A program made the position numbers and the translations under genes. Under the pieces are notes generated by a model. That model did not search any database. It was not told where the DNA came from and saw only the letters and a list, made by a program, of their open reading frames with translations. 64,000 nt of DNA, taken from Geosiphon pyriformis uo1 (lineage: Eukaryota > Fungi > Glomeromycota). Numbering within the stretch: the first letter of the stretch is position 1; the number at the start of each line of letters is the position of its first letter. The stretch is taken from contig JAAOMT010000760.1 in assembly GCA_016748015.1 (NCBI GenBank), forward strand, positions 234,219 to 298,218. The letters are read 5' to 3'. This document shows positions 49,976-63,256 of this stretch, in pieces.

Positions 49976-52900
49976 TACATAATATGCCAATTTTATTATT
50001 GGCCATCAGTTAACTTAAATTTATGCAAAAATATATATATGTATTTTTGATGTAATTCTATAATTTTTTAATACTTTAAAAAATCTGTTCATAATATTTA
50101 TTTTATTATATTGTCTATTCATTAATTCAAACTTAATTATTGTTTATTAAAAGTTCTAATTGTTATTAATATAATAAGTAGTAATAGAAACAAAAATTTT
50201 GTTATTAAAAGATGTTCAAAAATTTGATGTAAAGAAAATTTTGGATTTAATAGTACTTAAATATACCTATCATATTATAAATATAGTACTTATTCTTAAT
50301 TTTTGTCTATCCAAAACATAGTGGTTTATAACTTTATTTTTAATTACATTAATACAAACAGGTTGAAAAATAAGATTCAAATATTGAAATATTTTGATTA
50401 ATTCAAAGTTTTCTACTATAAAAAATAGTTGTTGATAATTAATAAGCCAAATAATAATTATGTAATAAAGTTTTTTATTATTAATATCAATAACAGTTAC
50501 TACAAAAGACTAGAACAGTTTTCTAGTTAAATTGGCCAAAAATTATAAAAAAAATAGCAATTTTACTTATTAAAACATTTTTTCAATTGACTTGTAATCT
50601 TTTTGAACATTTTGTCTTTTTTTTATAATATTCTTTTATTGTAATATATATTGTTCAGTAGAAAGCCTCTAAATAACACCATAAAAATTTGGTAGTATAT
50701 ATAGTTCTGCAAAAAAATAGTTTATGCACATAATTTGAAACTATATATTTAGCTGTTTTTTTTATCTACTTAAACTTATCAAAATAGTCTTATATTTTAT
50801 TCTAAAAACTATATTTACTAAATATATTAATATTTGGACTATTTGGGTTATTAAATTCTATTATTTTAAATTTTGAATCTTTAGTAACATTAGATAATAT
50901 TAACAATAAATTCATTTTGATAAGTTGAAGAGTAAAATTGTTATATATACATAGAGTTATATATTTTTTTAAATAATTATAGTAATTAAACAAAGTAATA
51001 ATTAATAAACAAATAATACAAGTTATATTTTTTTTGATTTTATTAAACTTAAACAAGTTTATGAACTTTGAACCAGACTTAAACTGAACTCAAACTTGTT
51101 AAAAAAATTTAATGCTAAATTTAAATCAAATCTACTTTAAAAAATTGGTTTAATTCAAGTTTGGTTTATAATTTAAATTAAATTTAAACAACATCTAAAG
51201 TTCAGTTTAGTTTAATTCAATTGGAATCCTAATTATATGGACTTAAATATTTTAAATATTGATAATGTAATAAATAACACAATATTAAAAAAGACATGTA
51301 TTAAAATATATGTTTTGGGCAGCTTATCAAAGAGTAATAAATAAATTTTCTTTATTAATTTAAGCAACAATAACAATGTTTGCTATTTTACTTTTCCAAG
51401 TTTTTTGGTTTTCAATAATTGTTATTTGTTAAATAATAAATTAAAAAAATAGAGTTTTTGAACCAGTTAAATCATTTATATTAGATATTAATTTAATAAT
51501 AAATTAATAACATTAAAAAAAAATTTATTATATTGATTGTTTTAAAGAAACATCTATTTTTTTAAAATTCTAAAGAATTATTAGATTTATTTTTACATTA
51601 GATTTAAGTTTAAAAAAGATTAAAAATATGGCTGTTAATAAGAAAATTTTGGTAAATAATAATATTAAAAAAATAAATAGTCATACAAATTGGAAAATAA
51701 TTGTTAAAAAAATTTCAGTTGATCTTTTCAAATTAGCTATGGAATTAGTTTTTTTTAAATTTGACAAGATTATATCAATTAAAATACAGTTTATTGATTT
51801 TTGGCAAAATATTTTGATTGAATTTAAGCTTGCTAATATTGCTGATTTGGTTTTAGCTAAGTAATCAATTCTTATAAATAAAAATTCTGTGTGTATAATT
51901 AAAACTGTTAATAATAAACATACATGAATATTTAAGGATCAACATTAAACTTTGCTATATACTTTATTAGTTGGTATTACTATTTATAATATTTTTGATT
52001 TGTTGATTTTATATGGTAAAAAAACTTGTTTTATTGGCTATAATCTAAGTTTATATAAATATAACTAGTATATAATTGTTTGTTTTGTTGATAAAGCATC
52101 AAAAAAGATCACTATTAATTTTATTCTAGTGTTTAAAAATGTAAATTTGTACTAGACTGGCTTATTACTAGTTATTTATTCTAAGTATAAACAATTTAGT
52201 CATGTTTTTGTTATATATTCTGGTGGTAAAAATTCAAGTAATTATAGTAATAAGTTGATTTTATCCTAAAATTAAGTGTATTTGACCAATATATATAAGA
52301 AAAAACATATTTTTATAGTCTATTTAGTTTTTTTAGTGGTAAAACTTGGGTTTAGATTGGCAGTAGTTCTTTATTTTCTTTTTTTTTGTGTAAAATAATT
52401 TCTTGAAAGTTGAGTGATTTGGAATTGTGTTTAGTAACAAATTTTTTAACAAAAAAATTAATGTGATAAATTAAAAGATGTTTTGTTGAAAGAAAAAATT
52501 GAATTTTAAAGGCTTTATACTTTACTAATTTAAGTTAGTGTCAAAGTTTTTGTGTGATAAAAATTTTTTGGTGATTAATTTTGCCAATATTAGTGGTTTT
52601 TATAGCTTAGATATTCTAAACTCTAAAGAATTTTCTAATATATAAAAGTGTTTACATAAGATTTGGTCTGATTCTATTATGGCTTATATAAATAAATCCT
52701 TAAATATACTGGTTCTGCTAAAATTACTAGTAAGACAATTACTTATTTTCCTGCTGTAGATATAAGTATTAGTATTAAGATATATAGATTTTTGCTATCT
52801 ACAATAGCCAAATTACAGACTGTTGCTCTGTCTTTAAAATGTGTTTTATCTTTTTGTATAGTAGTTTTGTATCTAAATAGCCAAGCTGCTATTAATATAT

Positions 52901-53340
52901 ATGTGGCTAAGATTTTGTTTGCTGTATCAAACTTTCATAATTAATGCTAAATAAAAAAAACATATTGCTAATCTGATAAAAAATAAAGATTTTTCTGTTA
53001 GTTGAGTAAAAATTAAAAATTATTCAGAAATTTTAGACAATATTAAAACTAATGTAATAATAAGTAAAACTACTTACTTTTTTTTTCTTTGCTAACTAAA
53101 GTGTGTAAATATTTCATAATAGCTAAAAACACAGCTGTGTTTAGTAATACTTGTTATTTTGTGTGTAATTAATACAGATCTATTTGTCATGCTTAATAAG
53201 AGACTGGCTTTGGTCATAATATAATTTTGAATGTACTAATTAGAAAGATGAATTAATTAGCTACTACAAAGGTTTAATATCTTGACTTATATATACTTTT
53301 TGAGTTTACTAATAGAAAGTCTGCTAATTTGTATATGTAT

Positions 53341-54139
53341 TGTTACAGATGATTATTTGGGATCTCAAAGCAAATAACAAATCTGTAACTTAGTGTTTGG
53401 TTGGTATTCTGGTGTTGATATCTGAAGGTTTTGTTGTGGAGTTCTTTGTATAATAGACAGAAATTTAATAGTTGTTTTCAATAGTCTTCTGGAATCACAA
53501 TTCCATCAAATTTTTTTCTCAGCATGGTGGCTGGTAATCCTTCTGGTAAGCTATCCTCAAATCTATAAGTGTTTTACCCTTGTTTTACAGGTCTTTTACC
53601 AGTCTCTATGATGTCTGTATCTCAGTGCTTAATCTTTAATCAATTTAGTAATACCAAAAAATAACAAAAAAAAATAAAAAAAAATAAAAAATAATAAAGA
53701 AATAAACAAAAGCAATTGCAAGTTAGTATTTTGTCAATAGCCATAATTAAAAGCTATTGTTCCAGTGTGGTTAAGTATCAATTACTATCAACATGAAGTG
53801 TTAATAATGAAAAGTGGATTGAGATAGTAAATAATTATTTATTGATATTTGTAAATAAAAGAGTGCTTAGATCAGATCTAAACTTGGAATTTCTAACTAC
53901 AAGATTCTGTTTTTTCTACCTTTAGCACTATTGCTATATATACATAATTGAGATTCCTCAATTCCTTAATTCTTCATACCAGGAATCCTGGAATTTCTGG
54001 AATTCTGGAATTTTTCTTGAAAGAAATTCTGGAATCCTGCAATTTCTTGTATGAGAATCCTGAAATTCCACATTTACTATGACTACTTCTGATTGGCTAA
54101 TTTATATGCTAATATGCTCCTTATGTTCTATGAATAACA
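53341..54139 (-). repeat. 3' LTR of G2
   Basis: TGTTACAG...CTATGAATAACA, followed by a purine tract on the minus strand at 54140-54156. Confidence 0.92.
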
Positions 54140-54153
54140 TTATTTTCTTCTTT

Positions 54154-54822
54154 TTAATATTGAGCTCTATCGAGATCTCCTAAATCTCCTAACTCTAATT
54201 TGCTGTTTTTGAGTATTTTTTGAACTTTTTTTTCGAGAATTACTTGAGTTATTTTGTTCTGTAATTCTTTGAATTGGGTGTTAGTCATTTTTTCCATTTG
54301 GTTAACTGTAATAGAGTCTATTTCTGAATGAAATAAGATTTCTGGTCTGTCTTGAAATCCAGTATATAGCCAATAGATGGCTCTCACTTGTATAGTCAAA
54401 TTGTTCTTTCCCACAAACTGTTCTAGTTGTTGCAATATTGTTGTGTCGAATAATTATTTTGTTTTATCCATGTATAGGTTTTAAATATTCAAGTATCATC
54501 CCAAGTGAAAATAGCAAAAGTTTCTTGGAAATTCATGTATCCACTATTTTCAAGTTTCTTTGGTCAACTCTTAATATGTGGTAATACTTGTTGGTTCTTC
54601 CATTGCTAATTTTATCTTCAGAACTATTTTGTTGATAGTGTTTTTTGTTTTTCTTTGACTTTTGTATTTGGGTACTTTTCTGGTATTTCGGTATCGAATG
54701 GTTTGTTGATTGATAGTAATTTTTATATTCTGTTGTTGAATTAGTTGGAAGAGTTGTTGTGCTAGTAACTGGATATTGTCAGTAATTTCCATTTTTCTGA
54801 AGTCTTTTGTTGTGTCTACCAT
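54154..54822 (-). pseudogene. Extra ORF (ORF3) of G2, unknown function
   Basis: Fragments 54571..54822 and 54154..54435 are in one frame. Homologous to G1 14691-15355. Confidence 0.75.
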
Positions 54823-57800
54823 GTCTTTATATACTCTTTTTATTGTTCAATTTTATGTGTTTGGTCCAATAATTATGATTGGTTTCAGATCTCATGAAAT
54901 TTTATTTGGTTGGACTAGTATTTTCTGTACTCCTAATTGTGAAATATTCCTGGTAGATGGTAACACTATATGGTAATATGATTTCAGTTGATCACCATGT
55001 GCTGCTTTGGCTAAGATTTTGTTGTCTTATTTTAATTTATAAGCTCTATTTCAAAGAATTTCTTCTATGTAAAATGGTCTGTCTCATTTGGGGTCAAATT
55101 TTCCACTCCATTGTTTTTCTGTTTTAGTATAATGTAGAAGTACTTTGTTCTCAATCTTGAATTCAACTGGTTTATTTGATAGTTGGTTATTATGTCTTTC
55201 TTTTTGTTTTTCTTGTGACTTTTAAATGTTATTAGCTGCTTTTCACCTTTTGTTTTCTAGTGTTTCCATCAAGTCATATGTTCTTCTTAACAATGTTTCC
55301 TGCAAATTGTCTTCAGTTATTGGTTCTGTTGGATAAGTGTTGACTTCTATCTCTACTGATAATGTTGCTGTTCTACTATATACTAATTCAAATGGTGTTG
55401 CTTGTGTAGTGTCTTGCTTTATTGTCCAATAAGCAAATAATACTGATAGTATAAACAAATTCCATTTATCCTGGTTTTTTTGACTGATCTTGGCAATTGC
55501 TTCACACAATATTCTGTTAAATCTTTCAACTAATCTATTTGTTTGTAGATGGTATAATAATAATAATGGTCTTTTTATCCCAAATTTTTGACTTAATTCT
55601 GTCAATGTTCTATTTACAAAGTGAATTCCTTGATCTAATAATAGTTCTTTTGGACATCCATGTTGACATATCAAATCTTGATGAATGAATTCAACAATGG
55701 ATTTTGCATCTGCTCTTTGAATGGCTTTTGCTTCTGGTCATTTTGTGAGATAATCTATGGCTACTGCAATATATTTGTTGTCTTTACTAGTGATTGTTAA
55801 TGGTCTGACTAAGTCAATCCCAATATGATCGAATGATTGTCCCACTTTGATTGGTCTTAATGGTTTACTGCAGTCTTGTTTCTCTTTTTTTCTAATAAGC
55901 ATCACAATTTTGCACATATTAAATAATATCTGGATATATTAATGGCCAATAATATCTTTTTTTGGTTTTTTCTATGGTTGCTTCTTTATAAAAATGTCCT
56001 GCTATTGGATCTGAGTACATGTTGAATAATATTGTTTCTTTCTCTGGTTGGTTGATTTGGACTTTTTCTATTCTTCCAGTAAAGTATATTTTGATGGTTA
56101 ATAAAATATTTTGATTGTTGTTTTATGTTCTTTTGTTCTTTTTGAGATAATTTCTCCTTGAACAATTGGATATTTATATAGTGTTGTAGTTGTTGGTATT
56201 TTTGTATATTTATTTTTTGTTATATTTTTGGGTTAAAATGTTTTTAAATTTGTCTTATTTATAATAATTCATTGGTATTTCCGGTTTTTTTTTCTTTTTT
56301 GTAATGTACTGTATAATTAAATAGTAAAAGTTCTATTTTCTATTTGGCATAGTAATCATCTCCAAATTTTTGCTTCTGGATTGAAGTCAGTCCTTTGTGA
56401 TCAGTATATACATCAAACTTTTGACTTAAGTATTCTTTCCATTTGATGACAGCCTAATAGATAGCTAAGTGCTTTAGTGCTGGGGTTTCATAGTTCTTTT
56501 CAGTTGGACTTAAGCTTCTACTGGTATAAGCTACTGGGTGTTTTTGTTTATCTGGTCTTTTTTGCAATAGTACCATTTCCAATACTTGACCAGATGTATC
56601 AATTATAATTATGAATGGCTTGCTATAATCCAGATAGATCAGTACTGAAGCTTGAACAAGCTTTCTTCTTAATATATCAAAAGCTTCTTGCTGAGTTTCT
56701 GTCCATTCATATTTGGTGTTCTTTGTTTGGAACTGGTGTAGTGGTTAAGCTATTTTGAAAAAGTCTTTGATAAAGTGGCAGTAGTATCCAGCAAATCTCA
56801 AAAATGCTCTTAATTCTGTAAGATTATTTGGTACTGGAAAGTTTTTAACAATCTCAATCTTATCTGAATCTGTCTTAATATCATCTTTGCTCACAACATG
56901 TCCCAAAAACTTGAGTTCTGTTTTGCCAAAGAAACATTTGTTAACATTTAATTTCAATCCTACTTGTCTGAAACTTTTAAATACTTGTTGGAAATAATGC
57001 AGATAATTATTAAATGTTTTTAAGAACACATTGGTGTCATCCAAGTATACGACTACTGATTTCTATAGTAGTCCAGCATAAACAATTTTTATGAATTACT
57101 GGAAAGTGGCTGGAGTATTCATCAAGCCAAATGGCATAACCTTAAATTCGAAATTTCCTTTCTGTATTGTAAAAGCTGTTTTCTTTTTATCTTTTGGTTT
57201 TATGGCTACTTGCCAGTAATTACTGTCTAAGTCTAATGTTGAGAACTATTTTTTTCCTCCAAAAGCATTAAACAGCTTTTGGATCTTTGAAGTTGAATAA
57301 CTATCTCTTTTGGTTACTTCATTTAGTTTTCTGTAATTCATACAAAAGCAGATTTTTCCATTTTTCTTATAGACTAGTACCACTGGTAATAACCATGGGC
57401 TTATTAATGGCTGAATTAACCTATTGTCAAATATTTAATTGATTTCTTAACAAATAATCTCATGGCTGGCTGGTAATACTCTGTATGCTCTTTGTTTAAT
57501 TAGCATTACATCTTCAGTCTTGATCTGATGTTGGATTATGTCAGTTTTGCCAAATTTATTTTCATTTGCAAAGATGTTGTTGAAATTGTTGAGTAATATC
57601 TTAAGCTATATACATTGTAATGAGTCTAGATTCCCCAAGTTCATTTGTTTTAATTGCTTTGGTTGGAGCAGATAATATTCTTCTTGTCTGTATATGGTTT
57701 GAGATGTAATATCTACATATTCACACAGTTGTGGAAAGTCTGAAATGGTGTTTGGCAGTTGGTCTTTAATTTTGGTGGTTAAGTATTCAATAATAATTTC

Positions 57801-58074
57801 TTCTGGTATCTCAATAATATCTTTTGTGTTGTTATAAATGGGAATTTTGATGTGTTTGTGATTCTTGGCTGGTATGTATAGATTGACTAATCCAATCTTT
57901 TCTAATTCACAAAGTGTTGCTTTTGCCTCAAAAATCTAAACCTGATTCTTTACTTTTCTTTTTATGACTACCATGTACTAATTATATAATGAAATGGAAA
58001 TTGATTAACAGGTGGAGATAATTTCTTTCTTGTCAATAATTTCTTCCTCTGCCATATTAACTGGTACATCTATT

Positions 58075-58470
58075 CTACTCATGAATTTAAAACTCTGTAT
58101 TCCTCTAGCTGTAATCTCTAATTCTTTCCTGTTTCCTACTGATACTAATTGAGCTATTTTGACCAGAGGCAGGAATATTGCCTGTACTATTTTTTTGTTT
58201 GGCTCTATGATGTAGGTCTTTTCTGAGTCATTTTGTAGCATTGCAATAATATTTTCTACATATCTTGTATCAATTATTTCTCCTCTGATGTTGATTCTTT
58301 TTTTTTGCTAAGCTACTCCTAAATGCTAGTTAAATCATTGTTGTTGCTGGGATTTCTAATGCTATTTTGAGATCAATACATGTGCACAAATGTGGGTTCT
58401 AATTTGATAGCATCTTTCTTTAGATATCTTAAATCAAACTCTATATTGGTATCATGCATATGTTCTGGCA
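58075..58470 (-). pseudogene. dut: dUTPase domain within G2 pol
   Basis: HDTNIEFDL, RSSLA, EIIDTRYVENI, KIVQAIF and TARGIQSFKFMS. Confidence 0.85.
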
Positions 58471-61400
58471 TAATACTTTTATTGTTATTGTTAAACTATT
58501 TCAGTTTCTGCTTTTTGGTAAGATTAAGGAGCACAATATATGTTTTGAGATTTAAATTTGAGTCTGAATCATTGTTATTTTTATTGCCATATTAAATAGA
58601 GCTGGAACCATTGTTTTCATTGTCATTATTGTTGGAGTTTGAATTAAGATTGAAAGTTGATTCTAATTCTAATGTGCAGCTGCTAATTAGTTTGTTTTCC
58701 TCTGGAATCGTGTAGATTATATATGATGATGAATTGTAGATGAGGTTACATTCATTACAATACTGGAAATCACATGGAATTAAACAGTAGTCACATAGTC
58801 TTGTGTTTATTTCTTCCAACTGTTGCTCTTGTTTCTCTCTAGTAGATGCTAATTCTTGGTAGTGCTCATGGAATTATTCTGGATCTATAGACTTTAGGAT
58901 AATATCTGAGTTTGGGCCTTAGTTGAATTTTATGAGTTCTGGTGGATTGTTTTTGATCGTCTTTATTTCTTTTGGTGATGCTTTTTCAATTTTGGCAAGT
59001 GCAATTCGCCAGATTTTGTTGTCATTATGTGGACAACCATCTAGACATTTTACTGCTCTTCTCCAGGTGGCTTTTATTGGTATCCTTTTTCTTACCCAAT
59101 CACTTATTAGGATCATGTACTGACATGATTTATTGCATGTTTCTTTTTTTCCAGAAATGTTGTTCCACATTTTTTTGTTAAAGAGAGTTTTACCACAAGC
59201 CAAGCATGGTTTATTGTCCCATTTTCCTTGCCTCTTTGGTTTTTCAAAGTGTTCTAAAATGCATAAGCAGCAGTAAAATTTGGTTGCTATAGAGTATTTC
59301 TTATTGTCATTATAGCACATGCTTATTGATGACAATTTTTTGCTGCAATTAACACATACCAGTTTCAGTTAGCAATAGTTAGATAGTGGTGGTAGAGTAT
59401 AGGTGTATAACATATAAGTAGAGATAGTGACTGGTGCTGATTCTTCTTCTTTTTTCTTGCTTTTTCTTTTTTCTTCCCAAGTCCAAATTGGTGGCTGCTC
59501 ACTTTGATTATTATTATTTCAATAACTTTGGTTGGTTTTCCAGATAAGTTCTTCTTCTCTTCTTTCCTTTGTCATCCCATAATGATATCAGCAGTAATTT
59601 ATTGTGATCAGTGTTGGCTCAGGAAACTTGATATGCTTTTCAGGTAGGTTTTTTCTCTTTATTGTCAAACTCAATAAGTGGTGCTGGCACATTGTTATTG
59701 GATTTGAAATAACCACACATTGCTGGTACTCATGTGTGTCATCCATTTTGACTGAGTTGTAATTCCTGAGTGGTCCAGTCAAGCATCACATTTGTTTTAA
59801 ATAACCAGTAATTACTAACCAGTGCTTAGTACTGAATGGCTTCCATAACTAATACCTTAATGGATACAATGATGTCATTAACTTCTATGGAGAGGTCATC
59901 AATCTTGTCAATTGGAGTTTTGGTTGCTCCATTGGCTGTTATGATTTTGGTGTTGGCAGCATGATTAACTCATCAATCTAATTGGTCCATGAGTTGTCAT
60001 GTAATAATGCTGTCTGCTAATCTGCTATCTAATATGAGTTTAATAGAGTAACTATTAACTTTAGCATCAGTGTATATGGCAGTAATTAGTTTTTCTTTGA
60101 GCACAGCTCCACTGAACAACAGTGTAGATGACAATTCCTCGAATTCAAATAGAAAAATTGCTGTTAGTAATTCATCATTGGTGATGGTGGCTGGAGGTAT
60201 GTTGCTAATAAGTGATTTGTTTTGGTTGGGTTCCCGGTTGTTGGATAAGGCATTTTCTGGGTTAACCAGGAGACTTAAATAGTTCTGGAAACTTGGGTTT
60301 CGAGTATACCCAGTTTTTAAACTCTATTGTCATGATCTTGATGGTTGAGTTGAAGAACTGGGGATCAGTTGATGGACTACTATTACCGATTTCTAGCTTT
60401 ATTGTGTTATTTTTAGTCTTTGGACTCCATTTTGAGGTAAGTTTTGTGGTGATGTTTGAATTTGCTGAGGCTGATATAGTATTTGGGACTGTGATTGATA
60501 GATAGGTTGTGGCTGTAGCTGATAAATTACAGATGTTGTCAATTGATAAATTGGAGCTTAATATACTGGTAATTAATAAATTGGCTGTTGTATCATTTGG
60601 GTGTAATGGAGTGAGTATTAATCTTAATTTGGGTATTAATTTGGAGTTTGAAACTGGCAATTGGGGTTTTGATATTAATTACTTAATCATTAGTTATCTA
60701 TTCTTAATCTGTAGTTGATTCTCAAATGTCTTTGTTTACTACAATAGTGGCAAACACACATCTTCTACTGCCATTGTTGATTGGTTAAGGAGAATAGACA
60801 TGTCTAATTCTGGAAACAATTCGCATTTTCTTAATTATTGCATCATTGTGGAGGTTGATAAATTGCCTAATTGTTAGCTAAATATCCCTCTAATTTTTGA
60901 TTAATGGAATCACTGAATTGTTTCAACTTAGAATCCAATTCAGATGATCTATTTATTACTAGATTAACAGCTTAAGCATGGTTAGCTTCAAGTTTAACTG
61001 CTTCAAAATCTCTGGCATTTGTAACAGCAGCTTGGAGATCTGCTGGATGCAATGGGCATACACATTGAAGAATGCTACTGTACAGGCCTCTAATAAATTG
61101 GTTTAGGATTTGTGGCACTGTAAAATAATCAGCCTGTATGGCCTGAATTTGATGCAGATTTCTGTAGAAGCATCCCAAGTAAGTAGTAACTACTTCATTT
61201 TCTCCTTGCTTAATAGTAGTGAAAGAGTTGGCTAATTGGTTGATGCTATTATTGTTACTGAAATATTGCAGGAACACAAGCTTGAATGCATTGAAATCTT
61301 AAGGTCTATTAATCAAGCTTTGATACCAAGAGTCGGCAATATTCTGGAGAAAGTATGGAATGGCTTACATAATTCTTGTATTATTCCATCCATTGGCTGT

Positions 61401-62279
61401 GATGGCTTTTTCCACATTGTTCAGTTATACTTGGGTGTTGTCCTCTTTGCCAGTGAATTTTTTGAGTTTTGCTATTGAGACGTAGGCTATTGAATCCAAG
61501 TTTAGTTGTTGTGGTGATTGAAGAGATAATTGTTAAAATAGTATTAGTGGTTGAAGTTGTTCAGCAATTGGATCAATTGGTTGTTGATTAATAACGATTT
61601 CTGAAGGTAAGTTTTGCTAATTAATTAACTCAAAGTTTGGATTATTCTGAGTTTGTTGGGTTTGAATATTTGGAGTTCCAATTTCTGGATTTTTTGCAAT
61701 CAGATTTTGATAATTAAATTCTTGATCTTTTTTTTTTTTTTTCTTCTTCTGATGTTATTATCTCCCAAGAATTTGCAGTTCTGAAATCTGGTAGAGATAG
61801 TGGTAATTGGAATCTTGATGGTATTGATGATCACAATTTAAATCTCTCGAAGTAATCACTGTAGGTTCCTAATAATTCTGCTTTCTTTTGTTTACTTTGG
61901 AATAGTAGTCATCCAAATGTTGATGTTGTATTTGATGTGAACATGTCTGTTGATGTGATATTGATAGTACTTCCAGATGTGTAATAATATGATGAATATA
62001 GTGAAGATTCAATTCTTTGTTTTTTCTACATTAGTAATTGTATTCCTTTTGGAGTTACTGCTGGTGTTTGTAGCTTTCCTTTATTCTTATCTGTATAAGT
62101 AATGGAAAATTATTGTTGAGTGTATTTTTCAATTTCTTGATTAATTTCTCTAATGATTGGTGTGAAACTGTAATTTTGTGGTAAGCTGATGTATTGAATT
62201 AATTCTGTGTAAAAATTTTCTCTTGTTGATTTAATGTCAACTGCTTTTTTTAGAAAATCTGTGATTCTTTTATTGACAT

Positions 62280-63242
62280 TGTTACTGGAGGTTTTTGGTC
62301 TCTTTTCTTAAATGTTGTTGATGTTTGTTTGCTGTGGATTCCCGTTTTCTGGATGTGGTTGAACTTCCAGTAACTGAATTTATCTTCAAATTATCTTCTA
62401 TAATTTGAACTGCTGGGCTTATAAGTGGAATGGCCAATTCCGTGCCAGTTACTTTGTATAGTTACATTGTAGTAAATGTCAACTCTTTCCCAAGAATTGC
62501 TCATCTGGAAGCTCACTAAAAATGTATAGTTACTTTGCTGTGAAAGTTAACTTTTCTACAGGAATTCTCGTCTGTAGACTACTCAAAATGATTTATAATA
62601 AGAAAAGAAAGAGAATAAAAGAAATGTAAAAGAAAAAGTAAAACTGATGATTTATGGAAGTTATTTCGGATCCAGGCCTGAAAGTGCTTTAACAGTCTAC
62701 TGAAATTGGTAGCTAATCAATTTCAAACTGTTAGTAGGAATTGGTTAATTTTAAGGGAAATAATTAAGAATTTGGCTTTTCGAATTATTTGATATTTATT
62801 TGTCTTTTGGGTGTAGAGAATTATTCTAATTGTTTAAATCTGAAGTAAAATACATTTTCTCAAAGAGAGACACTCTTTTTTTATACAACTTGTCATAACA
62901 CTATTCTATGAACTCGAACTTTGCTATTTTCTACAATTTTGCTAAACTAAAGATATATTTCAGTAAACTACAAGTTATTTCTGTGAACTATTAGATATTT
63001 TGGTGAACTATCAATTATTTCGGCAAATTTCTACAAATTTCGGCAAACTTTTTGAATGTTACATAGTTCAGGGTATTGCATGATTAATCATCGCAATTAG
63101 GTTACATTTGTGTTATATACAAATTGGGTTATTAATTAAATGATAATTTCGGACATTTTGCTAATATAATAAGTGATAATTTGAAATGATAATATATGTT
63201 AATTAATGATGAGAATTATAATAATAATTTCATCTGGTAACA
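62280..63242 (-). repeat. 3' LTR (963 bp) of a family-2 LTR retrotransposon
   Basis: Inverted termini TGTTACTGGA...TCTGGTAACA. Homologous to 1-637. ~20-bp tandem repeats at 62940-63050. Confidence 0.88.
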
Positions 63243-63256
63243 TAACCTCTTCCTCA
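63243..63256 (-). promoter_or_regulatory. Polypurine tract of the family-2 element
   Basis: GAGGAAGAGGTTA lies immediately before TGTTACC on the minus strand. Confidence 0.8.

Larger units (their letters stand above)
47002..51231 (+). mobile_element. hAT-superfamily DNA transposon, degenerate
   Basis: TIR TAAAGTTCTAAT / ATTGGAATCCTA. 8-bp TSD GCTACATA (46994-47001) / ATTATATG (51232-51239) differs only by transitions. Excision restores LINE ORF1 (ISYMDLN). Subterminal AAC/GTT short repeats. Weak transposase remnants (TRW...ML.R-like at ~49000). Confidence 0.78.
46572..53340 (+). mobile_element. Degenerate LINE (subfamily B, copy B3): interrupted by hAT, internally deleted, cut by Gypsy G2
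   Basis: 5' UTR at 46582. ORF1 at ~46690-47001 + 51240-52380, followed by a jump to the pre-RNase H/RNase H region (52390-53340; AKLQTVAL, LNSQAA). Confidence 0.82.
53341..62279 (-). mobile_element. Ty3/Gypsy element (family 1, copy G2); 5' end cut in gag by a family-2 element
   Basis: 3' LTR, PPT, ORF3, integrase (CQHGCPKELLLDQG, LVERFN), RH, RT (YLDDT at ~57040), dUTPase, protease (~60020), CCHC knuckle (~60745) and gag (60972-61478). Confidence 0.93.

Noticed and set aside
54154-54822. ORF3 as an envelope gene or chromodomain
   Set aside because: No hydrophobic signal or TM segment, and no chromodomain pattern visible.
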